Origin: Nageia nagi
Taxonomy: Eukaryota; Plantae; Pinophyta
Reading direction: 5' to 3'
Length of the DNA stretch: 64,000 bases
Assembly (NCBI GenBank): GCA_050084985.1
Contig: JBITNC010000001.1
Span: forward strand, 163,680,001 to 163,744,000
Under the pieces are notes generated by a model. It made no database searches. It worked only from the letters and a program-made list of their open reading frames with translations, and was not told the origin of the DNA. The position numbers and the translations under genes were made by a program. Positions 38,928 to 51,862 of this stretch are shown piece after piece (positions within the stretch are counted from its first letter, which is position 1; the number at the start of each line of letters is the position of its first letter).

Positions 38928-40279
38928 TCACCATCTTCTCACAACCTCTTTTCTTTATTTTTTTTTTATTTCTTTGAGCGGCTTTTGCAATGAATCTTTT
39001 CCTTTTTCTTGAGAAACAACCATTTCTAGATCAAGGACCCTTCGAGTCTTTGTTTAACAAATGTTATTTGGGTTGGTAACAGCTTTAAGCATCTCCACTG
39101 AATCACCTGAGTGATCCCTTGCACCCTTCACTTTCAAACCTTTGGGGTAAACAGTCCTCATAGCGGGTAGGGTCACGCCCTACCAATCAAGTGTTTGAGT
39201 CATTCCACAAGCCTTGTAATACCATCTACCAATTAGCAAGGGTAAGAAAGAAAAAGCCCCCAACACATCATTCAAGGATCTTACAGTGTTGAAAAGGAGT
39301 TTTGGACCGAATCAAGATGATAAGAGGAAAAAATCGTTAAGGCACATAAATAGGGTCCCAGAAGATGAAAAAGGTGAAAGATGCTAAAATCTAGATGCTA
39401 ATGGTGTTAAAATGTGAAAAAGGAGTCAAATTGATCAAAACAATGTAAAAAACATATGAATGCATCATTATAGGGTCTTAAGATGCTCAAGATGTTCAAA
39501 ATGATGCATTTCCTCCTTAAGTGCATAAAATTAGGGCCATAAAGATGTGAAAGGTGCAAAAGTTGGTCAAAATAGGTGAGGTGAATGAAATGGAGAGGTT
39601 AAAAAGTTCTAAATTGTTTAAATGGTGCGAAATCCCCTTTGGCACATCAAAAATAGACCTTAAAAACTCCAAAATGTGCAAAATAAACATTTAAAAAGGT
39701 GAAATGATGTGCCAAGGAGGAATAGAGAGCTCAAAAAGGCCAGGCATATCAAGATGGAGGTTTAAAATTCGTGAAGAGGCAAATAGAAGGTGATTTTGAA
39801 AGGTCAAAAAGTCAATCATTTCAAGGTCTTAAAAAACTTAAGGAGCTAAAAGCATGAGCCAAGATAAGTAAGAAAAGACCATAAAGGAGTGGTGCATCAT
39901 TTTCAAGGCTTAAAACACTTAAAAACCCCAAATCCATGCGCCCAAAAAGGTCTAGGAAGGCTTAAAAGGGACAAATCAAAGTCAAAAGGGCACAAAAATA
40001 CTCCAAAAGGGTGAGCGCATCATTTTGGAGGGTTAAAACACTTAAGAGGCCAAAATCATGCGCATAACAAGGTCCAAGAATACAAAAACACCTAGTTGCA
40101 TCATTTCATAGGCTTAAAATTGGTAAAGGAGAGAAATCATGCACTCAAGTGATCATGAATTGGCACATTTTCCTAGGCACACATAAAAGGAGGTCTAAAA
40201 TTTGCAAAATGAAGGTTTAAAAGCACAAGGAGGGTGAGCGCACATGTATAGAAGGTTAAATGCTCAAATGAGCTTTGGA

Positions 40280-43153
40280 GCAAATGGGACCCCGTAGGGG
40301 TCTATTTATAGACTTTTTCTTGAAATCCAAATTTCAAATTTTGCAAAAATTAAATGCTAATTGAATGCTAAATGGAGATTACAATTTCATTTAATGGGAG
40401 AAAAACACTCATCCCACTAATTTTGCTTTAAAATAAACTAATTTCAGAAATTTGAGCCTCTTGTAGCGGATCTTGATGTGTTTTGCCTCAATTTGGCAAA
40501 ACTTGGAGCTTCAAATCATCATTATAGGTTCATTCACCAAATCTTTTGAGCTCCTTATTTCTTTCAATTTGGATTCGCCCTTCATGAAAACATCTTGGCA
40601 AATTTTCAAGCAATTCTAAGAAGATTTTTCAAAAAAGTGGATTTTTTAATCTATTTTCAAAAAAGTGGATTTTTTAATCTATTTTCGAAAAAGTGGAGGG
40701 GGGCTGATTTTGGAAAATTTTAAAAAAGTTATTTTGAGGCCATGGATGGATGAGAAATGGATTAAGAAGGCATTTGTCAAGTTTTTGGAGAATTTGGGGT
40801 TTTAAAAACATGTTTTGAGCATAGGCGGCCATTTTCCTTCTTTGATCAAAAGCATCAAAGGTATTTTAGGTTTTCGGACCTTGGTGCATGCAAAGCCTAA
40901 AAATATGCATTTTGCTTGAAGAATCACACTTGTGATCATTTTTGATAATTCTAATGCACGCTATCTTCATCACAATGGAAATGGGTACTTAGATCCATTC
41001 TTACAATCATTTTCTAAAATTGATGAATTTTGCACCTTTTTCATGTAATTTGACCCCAAAATGCATGCTTGGGGAAGTAAAATGGAGTGTTTGTGAGGTA
41101 AATGGGGGTTTTGGCTTGTATTTGTAAGGCTTTGGACTCTTCTCACATCTCATAGGCGTTGAATTTGCTCCTTTCCTTCTTGTAGGTGCATTTTGTATGC
41201 TCCATAGTGCCTTTTGCATGCTAGGGGAAGATTTTGCTCTTTGAACATGCATCGAAAAGGGGTAAAAGGAGAAAAACTGTGCCTAGATGGGAGAGGGTGA
41301 TTTTTACATCAATTTGAAAAGCCTCAAGAGCAAAGTTGTTTAGATTGTTACCTTTTAAAATACCCATGTTTCAAATTTTCATTTTTCCAAATTCAAAATT
41401 TTTGTCAATTCCATACGAAGGAAGGGTAGGCGCATGTTTTCTCTTTTTGAGGCAACAAAGCTAGAAAATCTGCATCTAGGTGGGAGAGGAGTCATTTTGA
41501 TGACTTTTGGAAACTTTTAAGAGAAAAAACGTCTAATTTTTTACTTCCCACCATACCCAAATTTTTTATTTTTGATTAGTCAACTTGAAAATATGGAAAT
41601 TTTCATGTGCAAGTTTTCTATTTTTCTCAAATTTTCCTTAGCTAGAAAATGTGCGCTTAGCCACCATTTGCATAATTTTGTCCTTTCTCGAAAATTTTCA
41701 AGGCCAATGTGCATGTATTCCCTCCTTGCCATGCTCATGTATTCAAAATTAGAATCTAAATTTTCTCAAAATTTGAAGCACTCCCTCCTTAGGTGCAAGT
41801 TTTCTCCTTTTGAAGATTTCCATAGCCTAGAAAAATGAGCCTTCATGGAGGAGGAGTGATCTTGATCCAATTTGTAAACTTGTAAGAGCAAAAGTGCTTA
41901 GAAATTGTTCTCCTACAATACCCTATCTTGGATTTTGCATTCCTTTGGGTTCAATTTTCAACATTTTCTCATGATTTTCACCAAACTTGCTCAAAAAAGG
42001 AGTAAATTGGAAAATGTGTGCCTAGATGGGAGAGGAGGAGTTTTGAAGCTACTTGGAACTAAGACTTGATTTTTGATGTTGCACAATACCCATGTTTGCA
42101 ATTTGTCATTTGCCAAAGCTCAAAATTTGACACAACCTTGCTAGACGCCTGTTTTCTCCTTTTGAGGGGGTAAACACCAAAAATTTGTGCCTAGGTGGGA
42201 GAGGGGTCAATTTTGGTGCAAAGTGGAATGTTGCAAGCTTAAACTTGTCTAGAATTGCACCCTTCAAAATACCCATATGCCACATTTTGTCCTTTTCAAG
42301 CTTCAAGAAGTGTGGAATCCTCAATTGGGCATTTGATTTTGCTTGCAAATTGCAGCAAATTAGAAAAACTGTGCCTACTCATCAAGTGTTTAATTTTGCT
42401 CATTTTGATGCACTTCCTTCACCAAAGGTGCATGATTTTCCTTGCTCCTTATTACCCATGTTTCAGTTTTTTGATAAAAAACTTGTCATTTTTGAGTGCA
42501 CAACCATGTTAGGTGCTGATTTTCTCCTTGTAAGGCCTTAAACCCATAAAATTGTGCCTAGAGAGGGAGTGAGCAATTTTGCAGGAAATTGGAAACTTGC
42601 AAGTTTAAACTTTACTCTTTTTCTAAGCTCCCCTTGAGGGTATCTTTACATTTTGCATCAAATTTGCATAAGAAAACTTTATCTTTTCTTTGTAGGCACA
42701 ATACATCTCCTTTTGAATCCACTAAGACCATAAAAATTAATTTTAGTCCTCTAGGAAGCATCTTTGATCCTCTTCACAAAGTTCCAAACACAAATATGCC
42801 TTATTTTGAATTGCCTACAATCTCCTACTATCATTTCTTGAATTTACCATGAAATCACATCCTACATCTTCATTAAGTGCATCCCTTCATCCTTTGACCA
42901 TTTTTCAAGTAAACTATGTTGATTCCTTAGAAATGCCATCCTCTAGAGCTAGGAACCTTGAAAACTCCAAAATTGATAGTTTGGTACACTGAATTGTCTC
43001 ACAATGTCTCATGAATAGCCTTTGTACACCATCTTTAGTAGTATCATCTCTTTCAGAATTCTCTTCACTATCTAATCCATATCGGGTCTCCAAAGTTGCA
43101 AAAATAGGGTCCCTAAAATCTTGTATTTTGGGGTGTGTTGTGCAAGCACAACA
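40280..43153 (-). mobile_element. 5' part of a large-family LTR with a ~180-190-bp tandem array
   Basis: The terminus ...TTTTGGGGTGTGTTGTGCAAGCACAACA matches 11590-11616. Positions 40280-40800 match ~3585-4080, including the TATA box. TGTGCCTAG-like motifs at ~41279, 41471, 42017, 42186, 42370 and 42553. Confidence 0.75.
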
Positions 43154-43780
43154 AATTGTAGCCTAGTCTTATGAATACTTGAAGGTATTCAAACAAGATG
43201 TCATGCAACACACCATTAAGTTGATCAAAGGAGCAAAATCGTTCAAACAAAAGGAGCTTCCAACCATTCCAAAGATTGGAGCCAAGTTAGAAAAATCGGA
43301 TCGAAATCCACAAAAATCGCTAAAAATCGAAATCGAGAAGTGAAAAGATTTGAATCAGTTTAGATCCGATTTTTTGATATTCGAATTTTTTGGGATTTTT
43401 TCTGATTTTGAATCATGATTTTTTTGTCCAAAAAATAGGCACAAAATCGGTTGACAATTTTTTGAGATTTTTGGCAATTTCAAAGCAGATTCAATTCTCT
43501 AAAAAATTGGGATTCCCACGCAAAAAATCGGCGAAAAATTCCATCTTCAATCTGGCCACAGGCAAAGGGGATTAAGTCACCAAAATGCTCATCCATTTCA
43601 TCATTTTTTGCATTTTAGAGCTGAGAGGAGCTGAGCTAACACCATTTTCAACAAATTTGAAGAGATTCCAAGTAAGTTTCCAATGCTTTGTGAGTTTTGT
43701 TGGGTGTTTTTCATTCTCTCTCCAAGGCTTCAACTATTTTTTTTTTTTTTTCTTTTTTGTTTGCTTTTGCAGTTGCAAGT

Positions 43781-46660
43781 ATGAGTTCTTTAGCACGCAA
43801 TAAGACAGATGTTACTTGGCCTTGTGGCATAGAGCTTGAAACACCAAGGGCTCTTATTTACAATTTTTGTAAGGAATCTATTGCTGGAGGTATTTACAGA
43901 ATGAAATTTCACTTAGCAAGATTGGATGGGAATAATACTAGACCTTTCTCTAAGGTGTATCAAGATGTCCAAAGGAAAATGATTGCCATCATAGAATCCA
44001 AGGCAGCAACGAAGAAGACAAAGAAAAGAACAAATGCAAAAATTGCCAGAGGGTTTCCACCACCTCCACCTCCACCCCTAGGGTTTCTAGACTCTACCGG
44101 TGCTCATTTCTTTGAAGAGGGCACTGCTAGTGCTAGTGCAACTGCAAAGCAAGCCCCCACCAGCAAAATGAGGAATCCTGCAGGCTCTAGGAGTGCAATG
44201 AGGTGTGATTTCTTTGCACCTCGTGGTGGCCAAACCACGCATGATGCATCATGGAATAAGAATAAGTTTAATGAAGCCAGAAAGGCAATTGCAAATTTCT
44301 GGTATTACTCTGATCTTGCCTTCAATCTAGAGAACTCACCATATTGGGAGTGCATGGTTAGAGCTATTGCTGCTTATGGTATTGGATTCAAAGCACCAAC
44401 TTTCAGTGATTTGAAAGGTTCTATGCTGGATGAGGCTGTTTTAGATTGTAGGAGGGTTATTAATGAGTAAAAGAAGATTTGGAGAAAAAAGGGCTACAAC
44501 ATTCTTAGCGATGGTTGGACAGATGCACGGGGAAGAACTTTGTTGAACTTTTTGGTTGCTTCTTCAAGAGGTTTGGTTTTCTTGACATCAGTGGATGCAT
44601 TAAGTGAAGTAAAAAATAGTGATTATTTATTTGGGCAGTTGTAGTTGGTCATCAAAGAGGTGGGGGTTGAGAACGTTGTGCAAGTATATTTACTATTTTC
44701 TATCTATTTCATTTCAGTTTTTTTTGTGCATGTTATCATTTTTTTATTTAAATTTTTAATAATTAAAATTTAATTCATCTTAGTTTAAAACTTTAACTTT
44801 AAATTTTATGTTGTGCACACTATAGGTTATCATGGATAATGCTCCTACATACGTTAAAGCAGGGGAGAGGATTGAGAAATAATACCCCACCATTTTTTGA
44901 ACTCCTTGTGTTGCACATGTCATGGATTTACTTCTCGAGGACATTGGAAAGATAGAATGGATCAAAGACATTGTGAAAAAAGCAAAGAATATCACCAAAA
45001 ATATCTACAATCATGCTTGGATCTTCCACTTGATAAGGACAGATTTCACAAATGGAAAGGGTTTAATACATCTTGGTAAAATTTCTATTATTTCTTAACT
45101 TTCAATTCATTGCATTTATATTCAATTTTTTTAATCTCATTAAATTAAATTTATGATTTTTGCATGCAACCACTACACGATTTACAACATCATTTCTTAC
45201 ATTGCAGAGTATTTTAAATAGTCGAGTTGCATTAAAACAAATGTTTGTGTGCAACAACTGGATGGAGTCGAGATATGCACGTGAACCAAAAGGCAAGAAT
45301 ATCATTAATTGCATCTTTGATGATGATTATTTCAATTTTGAAGGTAAATTCTATTTCAATTTTCAACTTTTCCACTTTTTTTTTGTCCAAATTTGCTATT
45401 GAATTGATTAATTCATTAAAATTGTTATTAATTTAGTTGTATAATTGATAATTCACTTTGCAAATTACAGAGCCCTTAGTGAGGGTGCTTCGCCTTGTGG
45501 ACTCAGAGAATCCATCCATGGGGTATGTGTATGAAGCGATGGATAGGGCAAGGAGGCCATATCCCATTTTCTCTCTTATGATGCATCAAGATTTCGGTAC
45601 ATTTGGGACATGGTTGATCGTAGGTGGAATCTTCAATTGCATAAGCCTCTACATGGAGCGAGGATGTACTTGAACCCCAAATTCTTCTATAGTAACAAAT
45701 TTGATCCATTGGATGGGGAGATTAACTCAGGTATTCACTAGTGAATATTAATCAACTGAGGATTTTGATTTCAATATTCAACTTAACCTATTGAATTGGA
45801 ATATATTGGATTTTGATAGGCATTAAAATTTTGTAGGTCTCCACAAGGTTATTAACCATTTGGTGCCAGATAAGGAGATAAGGATCAAAATTTTCAAAGT
45901 AGAGCTTCAAGATTACAAGAAAGCATACGGCTACTTGTTTACATCCCAAGAATGTAAAGAATCAAGGACATCTCTAGCTCCAGGTAACAAAATGTATTTT
46001 CAATTTTTTTTAAAGTGAATTACCCAATTAGTAACATCTTAAAAAATGCATACCTTATTTGTTTAACTTGCTGGTTTTTTTTCAGATCTATGGTGGGAGG
46101 ATTATGGCAGTACTACGCCAAATCTTCAGAAAGTGGCCATAAAAATCTTATCCCATCCAACTACTACTTTTAGGTGTGAGCAAAACTGGACCACTTTTGA
46201 GCAAATTCATTCAAACAAGTGCAATTGACTCACCTAGGAGCGTTTGAATGATTTAGTTATTGTGCATTACAACCTTCGCCACTGTCATAGACAGATTGAA
46301 GGAACAAGTAATGAGGCAGTAGAGTTGGATGAGATTGAAGCAAGTGATGTGTGGGCTTCACAGTTGAAGGGTGTGCCAAAAGTGGTTAGAGATTTTGATT
46401 TCAATTTTCAACTTAAAGATTAGCTATTGAGTTTGATTTTGAATATATTTTATCGGCTTTTGATGGGCAATACATTTTACAGCCTCAAGATTTTGATTTC
46501 ACCTTTGAAGAGTATCAAAGGATGGAAGAACAAGCTCTTTCAATGGGAGGGGATGCGGAAAGGGTGGCTATGGAAGCAGAAGGGGGTACATTAGCAGAAG
46601 GACCATCACATATAGGAGCTGATCTTGAAGATGATATTGATGATGATGAATCTCTAATAA
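43781..46660 (+). pseudogene. Intron-containing hAT transposase (BED finger, DUF659-type core, C-terminal dimerisation domain), disrupted
   Basis: NFCKESIAGGIYRMKFHLA, SDGWTDARGRTLLNFLV, PLVRVLRLVDSENPSMGYVYEAMDRA, WWEDYGSTTPNLQKVAIKILS...CEQNWTTF...RLNDLVIVHYNLR. AT-rich introns and in-frame stops. Confidence 0.9.
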
Positions 46661-46676
46661 CAACTAGGGCCAGGGT

Positions 46677-47111
46677 TGATGAAATTAACCCCTTCCGAAT
46701 TAATCTCTATATTACCAAGATCTCAAGAAGGCACTTACAACATCAACACAATAACACAAACCAATCTCACAAATAATACAAGATATAAAATGGTTCCTCC
46801 CTCCTTGGGAGTCCATTCACTAACTAAGATCTTCTTATTCTCAAGGACCTCTCTTACAGAATCTCTCCTCTCTTCAAACCCTAAACCTAGCTTTACAATT
46901 GTTTTCATTACCATGAGAGGAGAGATACTTCTCTATTTATAAGAAGAAACCCACCCTTTAACCCAAGGATAAGGTTAAAGGTGTTTCTATATTTAATCCT
47001 CTTTCTATTTTTATCCCCTTAATGCTTTAAGGTATCTAAAGATACTTTAATCATTAAATGAATTTACATTAAAGAGAAATATTACACAATATTACATTAC
47101 AAATTCTAACA
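46677..47111 (-). mobile_element. 435-bp solo LTR (Copia-like) inside the hAT
   Basis: TGATG...CTAACA. Perfect TSD AGGGT at 46672-46676 and 47112-47116. TATAAATAG on minus at ~46933-46941. Confidence 0.85.
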
Positions 47112-48993
47112 AGGGTTGCAAAAGAGAGATTGTGAAAAGCAAAACATGGATGATAGTAGTAGCACTAGATGAATGTTTTGAATCTTTTGATTCAAATTTT
47201 GTTATGTCACATTGAAAACCTTTAATGTTTTTTGGTCCTTAACACTTGGACATTTGATATGTAATACAAAACTCTACAATTTCTTTGATATGCAATGTTG
47301 GATATTTTATTTGTTATTCTATATGGAATGTTGTCTATTTGATATCCAATGTTGAGATATAGTTAAAAGTAATTTGTTTCGATGACAAATAGGAGAAATT
47401 CTTTCATTTTTTCTCTATGCCTAATTTTTTCCGATTTAATCTGATTTTTTGCCGATTTTCAAAAAATCTGAATCCTGCAGTCAAACGATTCCGATCAAAT
47501 TCCGATTTTTATAACTTTGGATTGAAGCAATCATGAAACAAGAGTTACTAAAGTTGTATCCAGCGAGCATAATTTATCCTATCAAGCATTCCACATGGAT
47601 CGCCAACTTATTACCCATTAGAAAGAAAAATGGAGATATAAGACTCTACACAGAATTCCAAAATCTGAAACAGAGCTTCTCTAAAAGACAATTATCCTTT
47701 ACCTCCAATGGAACAAAATATTACATGCAATTTTTGGCGTAAAGTGCTTTTCATTTAATGATGGTTTCTCTAGTTATAATTAGGTATGGGTTAAAGATGA
47801 AGATCAACATAAGACAACATTCACTACCAAGTGGAGAACTTCTGCCTTTTAGTGCATGTCGTTTGGTTTGTCTAATGTCGAGGCAAGTTTTGAAAGGGCT
47901 ATGGACCATGCTTTCGGCAAGCTAATCAATAAGACTATCTTGGTTTACTTAGACAATGTTACAGTGTTTTTCCATCAAAAGAAACATCATCCACAACAGC
48001 TCCAACAAGTTTTTTCCAGATGTCAAGAATTCGGGATTTCTCCCAATCCAAAGAAGTCCATATTTGTCGTGGATGAAGGAAAGTTACTAGGGCACGTTAT
48101 TTCAAAAGGACAATGGTCCATAAACCCCAAAAGAGTTGAAGCAATTGCAAAGTTGACCTTGAACTCAACTAAAAAAGTCGTGGAGTTATTCCTAGGATAG
48201 ATCAACTTCGCAAGGAGGTTCATACAAGATTTTGTAGGGATAGTGCAACCTATCACAGAAATGTTGAAAGAGGGTCTTCCTTTCATCTGGACACTTGCGC
48301 GGAAAGCCGCATTCGAGCAAATCAAATTAGCCATCATCAAGGCCCCCATATTGGTGAATCCAGACTTCAACAAGAACTTTACCTTATATGCTTATGCAGC
48401 TAAAAAGAGTGTAGCTATAGTATTGACTCAAAAGAGAGATGACAATGATGAACATCCTATTGCCTTCTTCAGTTAGACTTTGTATGACGCAGAAGAAAGG
48501 TATAGCTTCATAGAGAAACAAGTGTTTGCCATAATGAAAGCCTTAATTAAATTCAAGCACTATGTATCTCAAAGTTGTCTATCTATACTGAGTATTCATC
48601 CAGATGTGAGCGGTTACATTCTACAGGGAGAAACAGAAAATGGAAGACCCAAATGAATTTTCAAAATTCTAAAGTATGATGTGGAAATTAAACCAACCAA
48701 GGTTACAAAAGGGAGAGCCTTATGCCAATAGTTAGTGGCAGATGCTTCTTCCAAACAAGTGTGCATGCAAGAAGATTGTGAAATAAAACAGAGATACCAG
48801 ATGATTAGAATTACTAGATCACACAGATAACCAGGTATTTCAATACTGGCAAGCTTCCGGGACAGTTGAATGCCTCACAAAGGAGAAGATCCAAGCTTAA
48901 TGCCTTCAATTATACCTTGATTGAGAATGTACTATTCAGAAAGAATCATGATGGAGTGTTATTGAGATGTATACATCCGAATGAGGTTAGTAA

Positions 48994-51862
48994 TGTAATG
49001 TACTCATGCACAATTACTTATCACAATTCCGAATTCATTTACAAAATAGGGCACAATTGTAAATGCTCAACAACCATCCAAGCATGCACTCAAGACTGAA
49101 TTATAACAACTGTAACAAGATGTGATATATAGCAGTGATGAAGCTCATACAACATGTAAAATCAACCAAACTAGGGCACAATTGCAGATTTGTAACATAA
49201 CAGTAATATGCCACCAAACCACTCTAATCCGCATACATTCTCATGCACAACGAATGATAATAGTACAACATTAATAGAAGAACATTCATTCACATTTGAA
49301 GAGCAAAATTAGAGCCAAATATCAATAATAATGACCAAGATTAAGTATAGGGCTGTAACAAGCCTGTAACAAGTTCTAGGGCAAATCCCAAAACTCCAAA
49401 AATGCACAACAAAGACTCCTAATAGCTAGCTCAAGCTTCCAAGTAGCAAGAATGGTTGGCGCAAGTCTCAAGGTGGCTCCCAAGGTCTAGCGCTAGGGCT
49501 AGAAGGTCCTCCAAAGCTAGTGCAAGCTCTCTAAGTGAATGTAAGTGAGAATAGGCCACTTCTAGGCTAGGGAGTAGCCCTAGTCCTTAAAAGGAGGATA
49601 GGGGAGCAACTCCAACTCCAAGATGATGCGAGATCAAATGCAAGAATGATGATGCTTAAGTGGTTAATCTCTCCTTTTATAGGTGCCTTTACCTTGAAAT
49701 TACCAATAATTAAACTCTGGGCTAACTTGGAATAAAAAAAACTTTCCCAAGAATGGGTTTACCATGTTGATGATGTGCTACTCTTTCTTCAATGTCAACT
49801 TCTAGACTTGTCACATCTTCTTCATTTGTCATGGTTCCTGCAAAAGGCTTGTGAACCAAGTCATCTTCTTGTGACAAGATCTCATCCTTTCTTTCATCAC
49901 ATTCTTCCTTCAAGGGTTTATTGATGATCTCAACCATGTCATCAATTCCAATAATCATAGAAATCTCATTCGATTGGTCTATTACAGCCATTGTTTTGTT
50001 CTTTTCCTCATGCTCAACATTATCAATAGTAGTTGTATGCATACCCATAAAATTATTTTGGAATATCATCATACATACCTCATGAGATAGGGTGTTTTCT
50101 TCATGTGATTCGAATTGCTCTTCTTCTCTAATCTCCCCATTCTTTTTCTCAAAACGCTCACGGATCTTTTGGCTAACGTCTTTGAAAGTGATGATGTGTT
50201 TGAGGCCCAAAGTGGTAAGGCCAGGTGGAGTGAAGCATACTGAATTGCATCCGTCTCATTCATCAAACGAAGGGTGAAGTATGTTCTCATCTTTTGTAGC
50301 CATACTTCGATGGTCATGTTGCTTCCTTTGAACATGGGCACTTGCAATTGTTTATAGTACTTGCTTCCTTAGTCAATCTTCTTCCCAAAAAACTTCAAAT
50401 ATCCCTCAAATGAAACCACTTGTCGAAATTCATCACTTTTTGCTTGGTATTATGCGAAATGGTCATCCATCTCATCGCCTTGTCTTTTGTTGCTTTCTTG
50501 CTATTGAAAGAATGTGGGTGATAGGTGGGTGGCATCCTCTTGTCCATGCGTGGCTGATCTTGTCATTCCTTGACGGGGTTGAGAGAGCCCATCAACTTTG
50601 TTGACTAACTGAGCTAGCAAATCAACCATAGACTTCAACTGTCTTGAAGAATTTCCATCTTTCAAATCCTTCACAGGTTGGCAAGATTTAGAGCTTTAAT
50701 ACCATCATAATGTACCTTTCTAGGGTTTATCCAATTTAGCACTCAATTCCATATTTATTCACAAATTAGGGCATCAATGAACATGCTCATCAACCATCCA
50801 AACATGCGCTCAAAACTGGAATATAACAGCAGTAGCCAAATCTGATATAAAGCTCTTATAACATGTGAATATGACCAAAACTAGGGCACAAATCAGATCT
50901 GTTACATAACAGAAATATAGCTCCAAAAGTACTCAATTAGCATACATTTCCGTGCACAAAGAAGATAATAGCATAGCATAAATATATAGTAACATTCATT
51001 CACATTCAAGATGCAATATGAGAGCCAATATCATCAATAATCAACCAAGAATAAGTGTAGGGTTATAACAAGCTTGTAACAAGTTCTAGGACAAAGCCCA
51101 AGACTCCAAAATGCTCATTCTAGACTCCTCAAGGTTGGTGTAAGTCCCAAGAAGGCTCCCAAGCTAGGTACAAGTCTCAAGATGTCTCCAAATGGCTGGT
51201 GCAAGCTCCCAAGTGGCAAGAATGATAGGCGCAAGCTCTCCAAGAGATGTAGAAGTGTAGATGAGCCACTTCTAGGCTAGGGAGTATCCCTACGCCCTAG
51301 AAGGTAGAGAAGGTAATCATCCTTAAGCTCTAAATGATCCAAGATCGAATGCACAAGATGATGTCTTCAAATGAGGTGCTCACTTCCCTTTTATAGAAGT
51401 CCAATTCTAATTTGTGGTTGGTCGACCCAACCTAGAAATATAAATAACTCTTAATTGACAAATGACTCCTCCTAAGATAGACATTGGGTGATTAAGGAAT
51501 AATATATTTCCTTATTACAAACATGACCCATTTTTATTAAAAAATAATAAAGACTCCTAATCTAAATATAATTCACTCCTAATACCCCTCATAGGGCTAG
51601 ACCATTAATTATAAGTATCACAAACGACACAAAATATAATATTAATAAACTAGGTTCCGCACGCATGATAGTAGGAAATTGGCTTTGGGGGCGAACCTTC
51701 AAAAGTCCATATCTTCCCCGTTTCTTACAGAACCATGTCATGTGACCTGTCAAAACGATTGGCATAAGATTCTCTATCTATTCCAGAACACAAATCGACG
51801 ATCCATGGATTGTGATGAAAGTTATGCCTTCAACAAGGTTTCTTGAAATTGGGGATATTAAA
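48994..51862 (-). mobile_element. Gag-only Gypsy derivative with two LTRs (50706-~51862 and truncated 48994-~49720)
   Basis: The two LTR segments are direct repeats. Degenerate PBS TGGTATTAAAGC at 50704-50693. Gag remnant MQVPMFKG...WLQKMRTYF...AIQYASLHL at 50069-50347. Confidence 0.82.

Larger units (their letters stand above)
31494..39265 (+). mobile_element. TG...CA unit with palindrome array and embedded ORF, copy 2; contains the insertion 36868-38927
   Basis: TGTTGCG...CCCCCAACA. Perfect TSD CATCA at 31489-31493 and 39266-39270. Confidence 0.92.
31306..40270 (+). mobile_element. 5' part of a large-family LTR (31306-31493 plus 39271-~40270), interrupted by the 31494-39265 unit
   Basis: TATTGTGCCCGCTCAACACACCCTTAAAT...ATTTTGGGGACCC matches the family terminus TGTTGTGCTTGCACAACACACCCCAAAAT...ATTTTAGGGACCC, with TG decayed to TA. 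Confidence 0.6.
43282..47519 (+). mobile_element. hAT DNA transposon with both ends intact
   Basis: 19-bp TIRs CCAAGTTAGAAAAATCGGA / CAAAGTTATAAAAATCGGA (reverse complement). 8-bp TSD GATTGGAG (43274-43281) / GATTGAAG (47520-47527). Subterminal AAATCG/CGATTT repeats. Confidence 0.92.
43154..48993 (+). pseudogene. Degraded non-chromovirus (Tat/Athila-like) Gypsy pol: RT, RNase H and integrase N-terminus; split by the hAT at 43282-47519
   Basis: IYPIKHSTWIANLLPIRKKNGDIRL, MSFGLSN, LVYLDN (YLDD), GKLLGHVIS, VLTQK...EHPIAFFS, KPTKVTKGRAL, LFRKNHDGVLLRCI. Confidence 0.88.

Noticed and set aside
12957-39265. The two 6-kb units as paired LTRs of one 26-kb element
   Set aside because: Each has its own TSD, there is no PBS/PPT or gag-pol between them, and the interval contains host exons.
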